From Octopus bimaculoides (lineage: Eukaryota): a stretch of 64,000 bases of DNA. The notes below the pieces were generated by a model that was not told the origin of the DNA, made no database searches, and saw nothing but the letters and a program-made list of their open reading frames with translations. Every line of letters begins with the position of its first letter. Position 1 is the first letter of the stretch. This document shows positions 11,983 through 23,707 of this stretch, in pieces. A program made the translations under genes and the position numbers. The DNA lies in assembly GCF_001194135.2 (NCBI RefSeq), contig NC_068998.1, positions 33,829,295 to 33,893,294 on the forward strand, read 5' to 3'.

Positions 11983-12025
11983 TCTGTGCTGATAAAGGGC
12001 AATAACCCTGAAACTGGTCCATGGA
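11983..12025 (+). ncRNA. Minimal hammerhead-like motif (G8 to A variant)
   Basis: TCTGTG-CTGATAA-AGGG-CAATAA-CCCT-GAAA-CTGGT-C-CATGGA: stem II AGGG/CCCT, GUC triplet, stem I with two G.U pairs. Confidence 0.6.
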
Positions 12026-13099
12026 TGCTAAGATGTGCTCTGTAAAGGTGCTAATCTCCCCTCTTTGAAAACATAAGAACACAGAGCTTTTGTGTCATAT
12101 AGCCAGCTTGAAACGATGTTTCTTGGGGCTAAATAACAGTAACATTTATCCCATCCTGGGATTGCCACATTATGTTAGCAAAAAGTCATCACTTTATTGT
12201 GCTGTTACTGTGTATCTCTCTTTGAGAGATTTAGAAATATAATATAATATAATATAATATTATATAATATAATATATATATATANNNNNNNNNNNNNNNN
12301 NNNNNNNNNNNNNNNNNNNNNNNNNNNNNNNNNNNNNNNNNNNNNNNNNNNNNNNNNNNNNNNNNNNNNNNNNNNNNNNNNNNNNNNNNNNNNNNNNNNN
12401 NNNNNNNNNNNNNNNNNNNNNNNNNNNNNNNNNNNNNNNNNNNNNNNNNNNNNNNNNNNNNNNNNNNNNNNNNNNNNNNNNNNNNNNNNNNNNNNNNNNN
12501 NNNNNNNNNNNNNNNNNNNNNNNNNNNNNNNNNNNNNNNNNNNNNNNNNNNNNNNNNATTGATAAATGTTGGAGTCAACAAGGAGTACGGTTGGACATTT
12601 ATTTGCAATCCCTACTATTGTTTCTGTGTTACATGGTTCTCCAGGCTTGCAGGTACTTGGTTATGCAACTGTTTCCTTGCATTATGAGATCTAGTTGTGT
12701 TTCCTCAGGTGATATATAAATATTGTCTATGAAAATTCAAATTCTAGACTTCAAGAGCATCCTTTCTGTCTGTTGTGGCTTGGAGTTAGTTGCCACTGAG
12801 TATATCAAGAGATGTGTTGTGGCTGAAGTTCCATTGACAAACTGCTTTAAATGTGTGGATGTAGTGAGATGGTGATTTTGCTACTGTTAAAGTGACTGTC
12901 GTTTTAAGGGATTGGCTTTTGATTTCTTTGTACTGTTGATTTGTTCTTCATGGTTGGTTACACATGTGATTGGCAATGGTTGACCTTTAAGAACATGCCC
13001 ATATGTACACATACATGTATGTACATGTATACATCCATATACATACTCAAGCTTGGACACACACACACATGCAAGACACACACAAACGCTCAAACACAG

Positions 13100-13196
13100 A
13101 CACAAACACATATGCATATGAAAATACATACATACACACATATACAAATATATATACATATATACACATGCAGGTGTATACATGTGTACATGCATG

Positions 13197-13281
<85 letters not shown>

Positions 13282-13525
13282 GTATATATATATATATACA
13301 CAAAGATACATTTATCCATGCATACAAAATACTCGTGCAGACATGCATATATACTTATATATATATATTTATATACAACCCAAGTATATATACATACATA
13401 TATATACACATACATACATAGATATTTTTCTATTTCTCTTAACATGAAACTAATGGTAGCCTTAATAAATAAATAAAGAAATATATACATGCTTATATAT
13501 ATATATATATATATATATATACTCT
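13100..13525. repeat. Compound (TA)n/(CA)n/(TACA)n microsatellite; similar long tracts at about 8870-9030, 20535-20605, 23530-23705, 43880-44045 and 52870-52940
   Basis: Directly visible dinucleotide runs. Confidence 0.95.
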
Positions 13526-15038
13526 CACACACATGTCCACTTTCTGTTGTAGCATGATGGATGTTTGATAAGATCCAACTGATCAATTGATTATGTCTTG
13601 CTGCAGTGATCCAGTTTTGGCTTAGTTTCTACTGCTGGTTGCTCTTCCAAATGCTTATCATTCTACTGAGGATACTGCTGCATTTTTCATGCCACCAGCA
13701 CCACTGAGGTCACCTTCTAACTCACATGCCCAAAGAGTTCCATCAACTGAGAGGGAGATGACGAGGTAGAGTGGTTAAAGCATGAAGAGAGCAGCCAGAA
13801 CAAGTTTCTTGTTGGGGCAGATTTTATATAAGTGGAAGGGGTAGTGTATAATCACATATTGAGCAAAACCATTTTTATAGGTTTCTGTGGTTTTATGTAT
13901 GAATGTGAATTATTTTCTTTTAGGTTTTTCCAATTTTGAATAACAAAGTACATATTATAGCAACTGAACAAATTCTTTCTTTTGACATCTCTCATGGTTT
14001 CTATTCAGTAATATGATTGTAGACATTTTTGCATCTTATCGTGAATATATGAAAATCTGTCAAATTTTTCAGCTGTCACTTTCAAAAGAAAATCTCAAGA
14101 GAAAGTAAGTTTTCAATGTGCACATGTGTGTGTCTGTATAGTTTTGTGTTTATTTATATGTGTTATACAGTGTGTATGTGTGTGAGGGGAGTGTACTTGT
14201 GTGCGTGTGTGTGTGTAAAGATATATTTATATGCAATGCATGTGAATGAAACTAAATTCAGTTCTATTTAAATAATTCTGCAATGAAATTCCTAAACTGT
14301 CACATTTATTGCTAGAATATTACTTATATTCAAAAGCATCTTATAAAATATTTTAAGACATGTATAATTAACAAATAGAAGTTTAATAGAAGTGTTTCTT
14401 TTAAGAATTATGTAATAAACTCATTCTTTTCTAATATCACTGTTAAAACTTGTCTAATATATATATTTATTCTTTCTTTCTATGAGTTGGAGTAGAAAGT
14501 TGACAGTTGCATTTATAATTTGTCAAATTTCCCTGGTCTTTTTATTTTCTATGATGCCAACAAGTGAGGAAAGAACTAGAATTGCTTAAGTACCATTGAA
14601 CTGATCATGAGTTAAGTCCACAATCCATTTCTAATTCCTGGTTGTTGCAGCTATTTCACTTTCCTTTCATTGCAAATGTCTATCCAGAAAACATGATCTT
14701 CACAACATCCTGTTTTTTTCTTTCCCCCAGCTCATAAAGTCAATAGAGGTAATTACTGATAAATAAAGATAGTCATTAGAACTTTTAGGTATAATAACAG
14801 TTTGGTTCAGCAAGAAAAGATTGGGAATAAAGTGATGTAATAAATTGTGCTGTGAAATAAATAAAAAACTATCTTTTGAAGCAATACTTTTCATCAAAGC
14901 ATTGAAATATTAGGATTTACTTCCTCTCATCATAGTACAACAAAGACTTCTTCAACTTTTATTCATATATAAGTTTTATTAAGAATAAGAAAATATGCAA
15001 TAGATTTGCAGAAATTTATTTCATGAAGCCTGTATATA

Positions 15039-15130
15039 CGAAGTTGACTGAAAAGTTTATAGGCTGACCAAGATATTCTCATGGGATGTTACCAAATAAG
15101 GTTTATTTTTAGATATAGTCCTCCTTTCAG
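15039..15130. mobile_element. mariner terminal fragment (same family as 7086 and 45936)
   Basis: TA followed by CGAAGTTGACTGAAAAGTTTATAGGCTGACCAAGATA. Confidence 0.8.
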
Positions 15131-16743
15131 TTTGTAATGTTTCTTGGTATCTCTGAATAGAATTCTACATTACCTCTGTTCAGCCACTTTTCAGAAATAA
15201 ATACCACATCTTCTGGAAATGTTATTTTTAACAGACTAGCATTATGTCTTGCTGAAGATTTCTCTCACAACTTAACCAGAATTTAACTGCAGACTTTTTG
15301 AGCTTCATTATTTAAAAAAAAAATTTTTAACAACTTATTTGACCCATCAGTGAAATATAGAAGGTTTATCAACTTTTACAGTTTATCACATAACCTTTTG
15401 TCAGTCTTACTACTTCAACGATTAAATAGAAACAGGAGCTTTATTTATTTAATTAAACTTCATGACCCAATGAAGACAATTAGATTTTCAAGATGCAATT
15501 TCTCTTTTAATAGAACAATTTTTTTCTGTTACATATATATAGGAGTATTACTTTATGGCTTTAATTTAATTTATTTTTGATAAAATGTGTCATTGAGAAT
15601 AACAACATTAGTTGATTTATTATGATTTTTAAACTTTTAGGAACAAAGTTTTTGAAAACTGTGAGTCACTAAAAATATCAACTGCTGCAGTAGTTTAAAC
15701 TGTGTTACCAGGTTAGAATGCACATTCTCAGGTGGAGGTTTATCTGAAAATATAAGTTGCCACTCCAATTTCACTGGTGATAATTGGCAAGTGGTACATA
15801 AAAGTATACATCCAGTTCTACAAGTATCTAACTTTGTTCGTTCTCTAATAAGTATCTATTGTAAATGTGTCTGATATTGAAATGAAAAACTAAATTACAA
15901 TAAAATATTTGATATATGCCACCTAAAATCAATTTTGAATATTCGAGCTAGTCATTATAATGTAAAATCTAATATTCAGACAAAATCTTTATTGAATTGC
16001 TATGACTAGTATCTAATATCTAGTTAAAACAAGGTCACAATGTATAATATATCTTAATGCAAATAGATGACATTTTGGTAAAGCAATGATAGAGCAAACA
16101 TTGACAACAAATGATGTACACCAACCCATCAATTTTTAAAAACTGTTGATTATAATCACAGGGCCTGATTATAAGGTAGAATATGCGCTCTGTGATTACA
16201 TAATTAGAAGGCCAATGAAGATTACAGTCTTATATAATGCATTATCATCAGTTTTATATTTGCTTCTTCATTCTGGCATGGGTTGGATGCATCATCACAG
16301 TTCAAGGCAATGAGTAGGGAACGTTTCATGCATATGTTCAATTTTTGCATTGGCTGCTACAAATAGATAACTTTCTAAGCATTAACCACTTTGCAGATAT
16401 TTGTTTTGACTGTTCACTGGCACCAGAGTTGTCTCATGCCATGCTAAGCTAAAAAATATCCCCTTTTCTCTGAGTTGTTTGCTTCCATTTCTTTAATTTC
16501 CACTGAACTAAGTGGGAGGATAGTCATTGTGAGATGATGAAAGAAAAAAATGTGACAGAAGGGAACTGGAGTGATAGGTATGTAATGGCATAAGAGTTGA
16601 AAGTGGTGAACAGTTACAGGATGATTGCTGATTGAATGGAAGCAAGTAAATGAAGCTGGTGAGTGAAAAGATGCTAACAGAGGAAGAAAGGAACAGGAGG
16701 GCAATAGAGAAAGAGAGAGAAAGAGTGAGAGAGTAAGTGTGCT

Positions 16744-16775
<32 letters not shown>

Positions 16776-18549
16776 TGTGTTTCACACGAGGGTTGTAAGT
16801 AAAGGGATTAGATAGAAACGGAATGTATTGTATAATGTGAAGACAGTAATAGCAGAGAGAGCCAGGTTAATGGAAGTGAGAGAGAATGATGTGAGAAAAA
16901 AAGAGTGATGGATGTCAGCAACGATAGAAGGAGTAATATGTAAGCATAAGAATGTTTAATAGTAAAAAAGAAAGAAGGTATAGGAATGTTTAAGGGTGAA
17001 AAAGAATAATGACTAGTAATAACGAAGTATGACAGTATATTAGTGGGTTGCCTATCATTCTATTGCCCATCATTCTACTGCACTTTTTGTATATCCATTG
17101 TTTCACAAAGTAAAAATGTATGGAATTTATATCCATTCTATTTCTGTATCATGAACATGACCACTTCTCTGGTTGTGAAAGAAGTTCTGATTTTTCTGCT
17201 TTTTACCTTCTGACTGAAACTTTGACTTTGCTGTTTGCTTTAAAGCCTCTCGATTTTAGGTTTCGTTTTCATGTATAGAATTTCTACTTTAAACTTTCAA
17301 TAAATGAGATGCAGCTATGAGAATAAGGGCATCAGCCTACGGGGATTCTCATGGATGTTTAGTTTTAAACTCCTCTGTTTAAAGCTTTCGCTGTTTAAAG
17401 CTGGATAACCAGCTTTAAACAGAGGAAAGCAGTAATAAACAGAAGAGGATTAAAAATTGGTGCATGATTGATACTGACCTTTGCATTAAATTTCCCACTG
17501 AATATTTTGCCAACATTCACCTTGTTAACTGCAGCTCTCTGCATGACTTTCTAAAGAAATGTGTGTCTTGCTAGAGTTCATAGGTAGTGCTAGACTATAG
17601 AGTATGAAATTCTGACAAAAACCTTCCCAGAATGACAAATTCTTGACAGAATGGTTTACTCCTAAGTACTTCACCTCTAGTAGTCACACTAAGATGATTG
17701 TATGAACCTTGTCCTAAAATAATCCTCAACTACATCTCATTTAAGCTAATTCTCTTTCTAATTACATATAAGTGTTTGTTTTGCAAGATTCTTGATATGA
17801 AATTGTGTGTTGAAACAACTATTGTTATATTTGGGGATGTTCATATTTTGTCAATTAAACACACACTATATATTTGATCTTCACTCTTAGTTTTATTAGT
17901 ATTATCTTTTACTTTAGTTTATTTGTCCATCAAAGTTTTTTTGTCACACATTCTGTGACCTCTTCAGCAACTCTTTGTCCTCTGTGTCTTCAAGGGTTAT
18001 TCCTCTGTTGGATTTACTTAGGATAGGTCCTCTCTTTTCTATGATGGATTCTACTACAGGAACTGATAGTAGGTGCAGTGACACACTAGTGAGAAACTAT
18101 CAATATTTATTTTCTGTCTCTTTAGATAAATGCATTTAAGTATTAATGTCATTCAAACAAATAAATAAACATTTTCATAAAGTATTATTCAAAATATATT
18201 CATCAAGAAGCGATCAATTCATTTTTAATAATTACTAGTAATAAGATAAAAGAAGGTAAACCAAAATGTGCAAATTTTCTATCATAATACAATGGTATCA
18301 GTTGATTTCTAGATGGTCAATGACCTTAAGTAGTCAGTCCTACGACTGTATTGATTTGGCTTTGCAAATATCTCAAACGTACTGAAAATCTTGCTAAAAT
18401 TCAACAACATCCAGCAACAAGGCTCTTCACATTGTTAGTCATTTATTCATTTGCTTGTCCTTCATTCATTCCTATGTTTGCGTGTTATAATTATTTGTTT
18501 GCTTATCACATATATTCTACATAATTGTACCATCCTACTATCCATTGTA

Positions 18550-19490
18550 TAAGCATGATATGCCAACACATTATCTCATTCTGCTGAGTCATATATCAAA
18601 AACTATTAGAACCTTATCAACAAACAAGAAAGGATTTACTGGCAAATCTAATCTACATCTTAAACAAATATAAACATAGTCACCTAATTCTGCAATCTTT
18701 TATATGTAATTAAATGCCCATAATATCTTTTAGATCTGGTAACATCTTCTCAACAACTTTAACTAGGGAGAACACAAAGCACTTTGCCATCACAAGAAGA
18801 AAATTACCTCAATCACCTCGTAGTTCTTCACACTACTATTCTGCATCTAGTACACTCCACCAGACGAGAAAATGTCCAGCTGCATGCTTCAGCTTGATCT
18901 ACAATATATATATCAAGAACAGTGTGATGCATACATGAGGAGATAGTAACAACTTATAGACAAGAACATAAAACCCAGATCCACTGCAAAGTCTCATGAA
19001 GAAGTAACAGAACTAATTGGAACATTCAATGAATAAGAGTCAATAATGCTGAGAATGGGATCAAAATTCACACTACTCTGCTGATACCCTGAATATGCGG
19101 TTTGCACCTCCATCTCTAGAAGGCTCTATGTGCTACTGTGGAACACAGACTCAGCTGGAATGAAATCACTCATCTGGATTGTAACAGGAAACTGAGATCT
19201 TACCAATAGAAGGAGGATTTCTGAAACCACAAGCTACAAAAATGGAGTCAGGAAAGTATTATAACAGATTCTGAAATCCTGCAACACTTATGCAAGCACC
19301 AGTCACTCTCCAGCCTGTCAAACAAGAAGAAAATTCAACCTTAAATGCATTAGAGCAATGAACATCTACCTAGCATCAGACAATGGAGAAGTCTATATTA
19401 GTAATGACTGTGAATACAATGATGCACTCCTGTCTCATAGTGTGAAATCTAAATCCAGTGTTGTAGGAGATACTAGACAAAGTGGAGAAC
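18550..19490 (+). mobile_element. Penelope-like element remnant (RT C-terminus and GIY-YIG N-terminus)
   Basis: Broken frames give HFAITRRKLPQSP...H and PACQTRRKFNLKC...NIYLA...GEVYI, resembling the PLE linker and the N(V/L)IY...C...YIG endonuclease motif. Confidence 0.55.
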
Positions 19491-20045
19491 TGGTGCAATG
19501 AGTTGTAAAGGAGAATATCTAAAATTATGTAACTCAATGTGCATATACAAAAGTTTTATAGCACATTTCTCTTCTATTCTTTTGTTTTACTGCCTCATCA
19601 ATGTCAGAAAGATAGCTATTCACTAAATCCCATTGCAGAAAATAAAGAACTTTTCCCATGTTTACTTAAGCCACTCCGTTTGTACATACAATACACATTG
19701 CACTTAGAGGGCAACTATGTCTCCATTTTTCATGTACTCCAGCTTACCACCAAGGGAAACTTATATCCATTTCAGTAAATCCTGGAATAGCTATCTTCAC
19801 ATGTTCTGCACAGCTGACATGTTAGTAACTTGAAAACGTCCCACCAACCAGTAGTCCTTTGGTTTTCTGATGGACTTAGTTGGATGCCATCTACCCTAAC
19901 ACTGTCTGTTCTAAAGTGTAACACACTGACTACTGAGTGGGGAATCACAGTTTGCCACAGATATATGAAATATGCCTTTGTAGGGATCCACAAATGAGAT
20001 CGAACCATAAGATTTGACAACACTTTCAGTGCCCTAAACAACAAA

Positions 20046-20270
20046 CTAAATAATATTTGGATCTACTTGTCATGCATCCAGAATTACTTTGGATGTTTAT
20101 TCTACTTACATTGGTGTCTGATTGTTGGACATAGTTTAACTAAATTCAATAAAGCACTCACTTTTAAATGAATTTGGTTAACTATATCCAACAATCAGAC
20201 ACCAATGTAAGTAGAATAAACATCCAAAGTAATTCTGGATGCATGACAAGTAGATCCAAATATCATTTAG
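20046..20270. repeat. Near-perfect inverted repeat (arms 20046-20148 and 20169-20270) at the 5' end of an unclassified interspersed repeat
   Basis: About 102-bp arms with only a few mismatches and a 20-nt spacer. The right arm continues to about 20460, and a diverged single-arm copy lies at about 56290-56580. Confidence 0.9.
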
Positions 20271-20530
20271 AAGAATTTCAAGAAATTCAGAGTATAGCAC
20301 AACAAAAATATGGCTAGAGAAAATCACATCTTTAATTGTTGAATTCATTCGTCAGTGTCAATGATCGTTTTTGTTGTATCAACATATTTAGATACAAAAA
20401 GTATAGTTCAAATTAATAATTCTCAAAATAAATGTTAACACATTTTCAAAGCAATCCATCAAAAATGAATGTTGGGATTATATGATAAATTCAACAAATA
20501 AAGATGTGATTTTCTCTATCTGTATTTTTG

Positions 20531-20609
<79 letters not shown>

Positions 20610-20610
<1 letters not shown>

Positions 20611-21143
20611 CAGGTCATCCCATAAATGTGTTTTTTTTTCAATTGCATGAACTAAAAGTGGGAGGGGGACTGGATTAACTACCTGCATCAACTTGCCATA
20701 AAAGTAGGTAGTAATTTTACCTTGGCCTTATTCTTAGTGCTAGTTTTGAAGAGTGCAGTTCAATTTTAACAGTTATTTTTTCAAAGCTGTAATGGAAGTG
20801 ACAAAGGAGCATATTCAGTATATTTTGCTTTATGAGTTCAATAAAGGCAACAATACTATGTAAAGTGGGAGGAATATTAATACAGTAAATGGGGATTGGA
20901 CAATAGATGTGAGCCAGTGTTAATGGTGGTTCCAGAAATTCCAAGCTGGAAACTACAGTCTAGAAGATGAACCTCATCGTGGAAGATCTGTAGAACTCAA
21001 CGAGGACATGCTGCAAACCCTGGTGGAACAAAATCCCATCGTAACTGTTGAGGAATTAGCAGAGATGCTTGGATTTGGTCATTCAACCATTCATCAACAC
21101 CTGCATGCTATCGGAAAAGTCAGCAAATTGAATCAATGGGTTG
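20610..21143 (+). mobile_element. mariner transposon 5' half (third family)
   Basis: TA followed by TCAGGTCATCCCATAA terminus. Translation MEVTKEHIQYILLYEFNKG...WFQKFQAGNYSLEDEPHRGRS...LHAIGKVSKLNQWV. Confidence 0.9.
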
Positions 21144-21175
21144 AAGAGAAATGCCTTCATTTCACATAGCTTAAA

Positions 21176-21988
21176 ATCTCTTTATAAAGAAATTTAAAAA
21201 AAATATATACATATCTTATGGATGTAGTGATATCCATCTGGTTTTCACTATTTAAATTAGCTTTTCAAAGGACATTGTGAAGTAATCAATTCTTGTGACA
21301 AAGGGGTCTCACCATTTTGGATGCTTGAAAAATAAGAATGTATCTAGAGAGTGGACGAAGGGAGGTAACAGGTAGAAAGGGGGACAACTAACTCCTCAGT
21401 ATAATTTTTGAAGTGGTTAAGTTTGTATATTAAGGTGTAGTCTGTACTTTTGTATGGACAGGTTTTCCTTGTTTAGACATTCTTGTAAGGAGATTGAATC
21501 TTTGCATTGGTGAGCCTTACTTTGAGATGCAGAGTCATGCTGCATAGAGAACAGATTCGATTTCGTCAATACAGGCCGATAGCCTTGAGTGAACATATCA
21601 ATAGATGTGCAAGAAATAAAATGTCGAATTTCCATATCTTTCCATTATACCAATGCAAAGATTGAATCTCCTTACAAGAACACCAAAACAAGGAAAGCCT
21701 GTCCATACAAAAGTACAGACTACACCTTAATATACAAACTTGACCACTTCAAAAATTATACTGAGGAGTTAGTTGTTCCCCTTGCCACCTGTTACCTTCC
21801 TTGGTCCACTCTCTAGACTCATTCTTATTTTTCAAGCATCCAAAATGGTGAGAACCTTTGTCACAAGAATTGATTATTTCACCATGTCCCTTGAAAAGCT
21901 AATTTAAATAGTGAAAGCTAGTTGGTTGGATATCGCTACATCCATAAAATGTGTATATATTTTTAAGAAAATTTCTTTATAAAAAGAT
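21176..21988 (+). mobile_element. Penelope-like 3' end (GIY-YIG C-terminus and pLTR) with an inverted pLTR copy upstream
   Basis: Arms 21176-21511 and 21649-21988 are reverse complements. Spacer plus right arm translate as HREQIRFRQYRPIALSEHINRCARNKMSNFHIFPLYQCKD.ISLQE..NKESLSIQKYRLHLNIQT*. Confidence 0.75.
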
Positions 21989-22146
21989 AGTAAACTTTTT
22001 ATTTATGTTTTCCACATATTTCCAACTCATAATTTTGCCATGTGGTGTATACTGAATCTGCAGTATTTTTGCTCCTTTNNNNNNNNNNNNNNNNNNNNNN
22101 NNNNNNNNNNNNNNNNNNNNNNNNNNNNNNNNNNNNNNNNNNNNNN

Positions 22147-22180
<34 letters not shown>

Positions 22181-22634
22181 CTGTGTCAAAGATTTTTTAA
22201 TCATTATCATTGTCTTATTAACTAATGTTTATTATACATCAATTTTTCTCTGGAAGTATTTGTAGTATGAAAATTTTTGCAACAATTTTTGTATAGTTCA
22301 ATATTCCTTCTTATAGAATAATAGAGTATATGGCAAATGTTATGAAAAATGGTGAACAGAACATGTTAGCTGATTTGACAGGTGAACTTTCATTCTTATG
22401 ACTACCATGATATATATATATATACAAAGAGAGAGGGAGAGATAGAAAGACAGACATATCTGTGTGCGTGTATGTGAATGTACATGAGTATATGTCATCA
22501 TCATCATCATCATGTGTATAAACAAAATCCTTAATCTCTCTCTGCCCTGCTAAAGAACCATCTGTTGCCATGTGTTTGATTCCAAGAGTAATGACACTCT
22601 GGTATGATATCAAACAGATTTCAAAGATATTGCT

Positions 22635-22843
22635 TTCAAATTTTGGCACAAGGCCAGCAATTTCAGGTGAGTGGGTAAGTCATTTACATCAACCCCAGTG
22701 CTCAACTGGTACTTATTTCATTGACCCCAAAAGGATGAAAGATAAAGACGACCTCGGTGGAATGTGAACTCAGAACATAAAGACAGATGAAATGCTGCTG
22801 AGCATTCTATCCAGCATGCTAAAGATTGTGCTAGCTCACCACC
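22635..22843 (-). mobile_element. tRNA-derived SINE (OK-like)
   Basis: Reverse-complement homolog of 8419-8630. Confidence 0.8.
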
Positions 22844-23564
22844 TCAGGTTTCATAGGTATTAATAACGGAGCATATAGTAAAGTTCAGTTATTTTGATAT
22901 TACATTTTGTAGAAGAATAAAATTTAGTTTTGAGGAATTATATGTAGAAAATTGGCTAGAATTTTAGCCTGTAAACATTTTAATGATTGCCATCTGGTAT
23001 CTGTAACAGGAATCAATACTCCCACATATGTAGCTTCTTTTTTTTTTATATATATATAAATATATGACCTTCAGGAAATTTGTTTTCATGTTGTGACAGT
23101 TTCTAAATTCAGAATGGATAGAACTACCCCACCCTTCTCTTTTTTCTTTAATGGAGTATTTTCAAAATTTTTATTATTACTTTTAGTGAGCCCAAATTCA
23201 TAAATTACAAAAGCTTTCTTTCTATAACTTGTATGTTTAGAAGGCTTATGGGATATTTTATTTCACATTAAATTTCTCTGTATAATAACCATTTTATATA
23301 TTCCACTTCCAATTATTGGGAAATGTTTGGCACATAGAACATTTCCTTTATATTTCCTTTAATGAATCTGCTGTTTATTTTCATGTTATTAAGAAGCAGA
23401 CATGTTTCTTTTTATTCCATCTTCATATATGTCGTATCAAAATATATTTGTTAAATCTGTATGCTGAAATATATTTATGTTATACACATACATGCATATG
23501 TGTACATATGCATACATATCTCTGTGCATATGTGTGTGTGTGTGTGCGTGCGTAACATTCATAA

Positions 23565-23595
<31 letters not shown>

Positions 23596-23674
23596 CATAT
23601 ATATATAATACATGCATATATACATACACACACACACACACATATATATATATACACACATTATATACATGCGC

Positions 23675-23707
<33 letters not shown>

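Larger units (their letters stand above)
11653..12114. repeat. Long inverted repeat (arms 11653-11851 and 11914-12114), probably paired PLE pLTRs
   Basis: The arms align as reverse complements throughout, e.g. TATATGACACAAAAGCTCTGTG / CACAGAGCTTTTGTGTCATATA. Each arm carries a hammerhead-like motif. Confidence 0.9.

Noticed and set aside
12665-12715. CTGAGGA...GAAACAGTTG on the minus strand as a hammerhead
   Set aside because: Neither stem I nor stem II pairs, and there is no NUH triplet in register. The surrounding 12560-12960 may be a very old Penelope piece, but support is weak.
12887-13586. Long ORFs of 150-180 aa in the ORF track (YIYIYI, THTHTH)
   Set aside because: Translations of dinucleotide microsatellites. 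The same applies to similar ORFs at 1372, 8842, 23437, 33561, 39800, 43720 and 55839.
13560-13790. Possible old LINE fragment and tRNA-like head
   Set aside because: Too decayed and short to assign.
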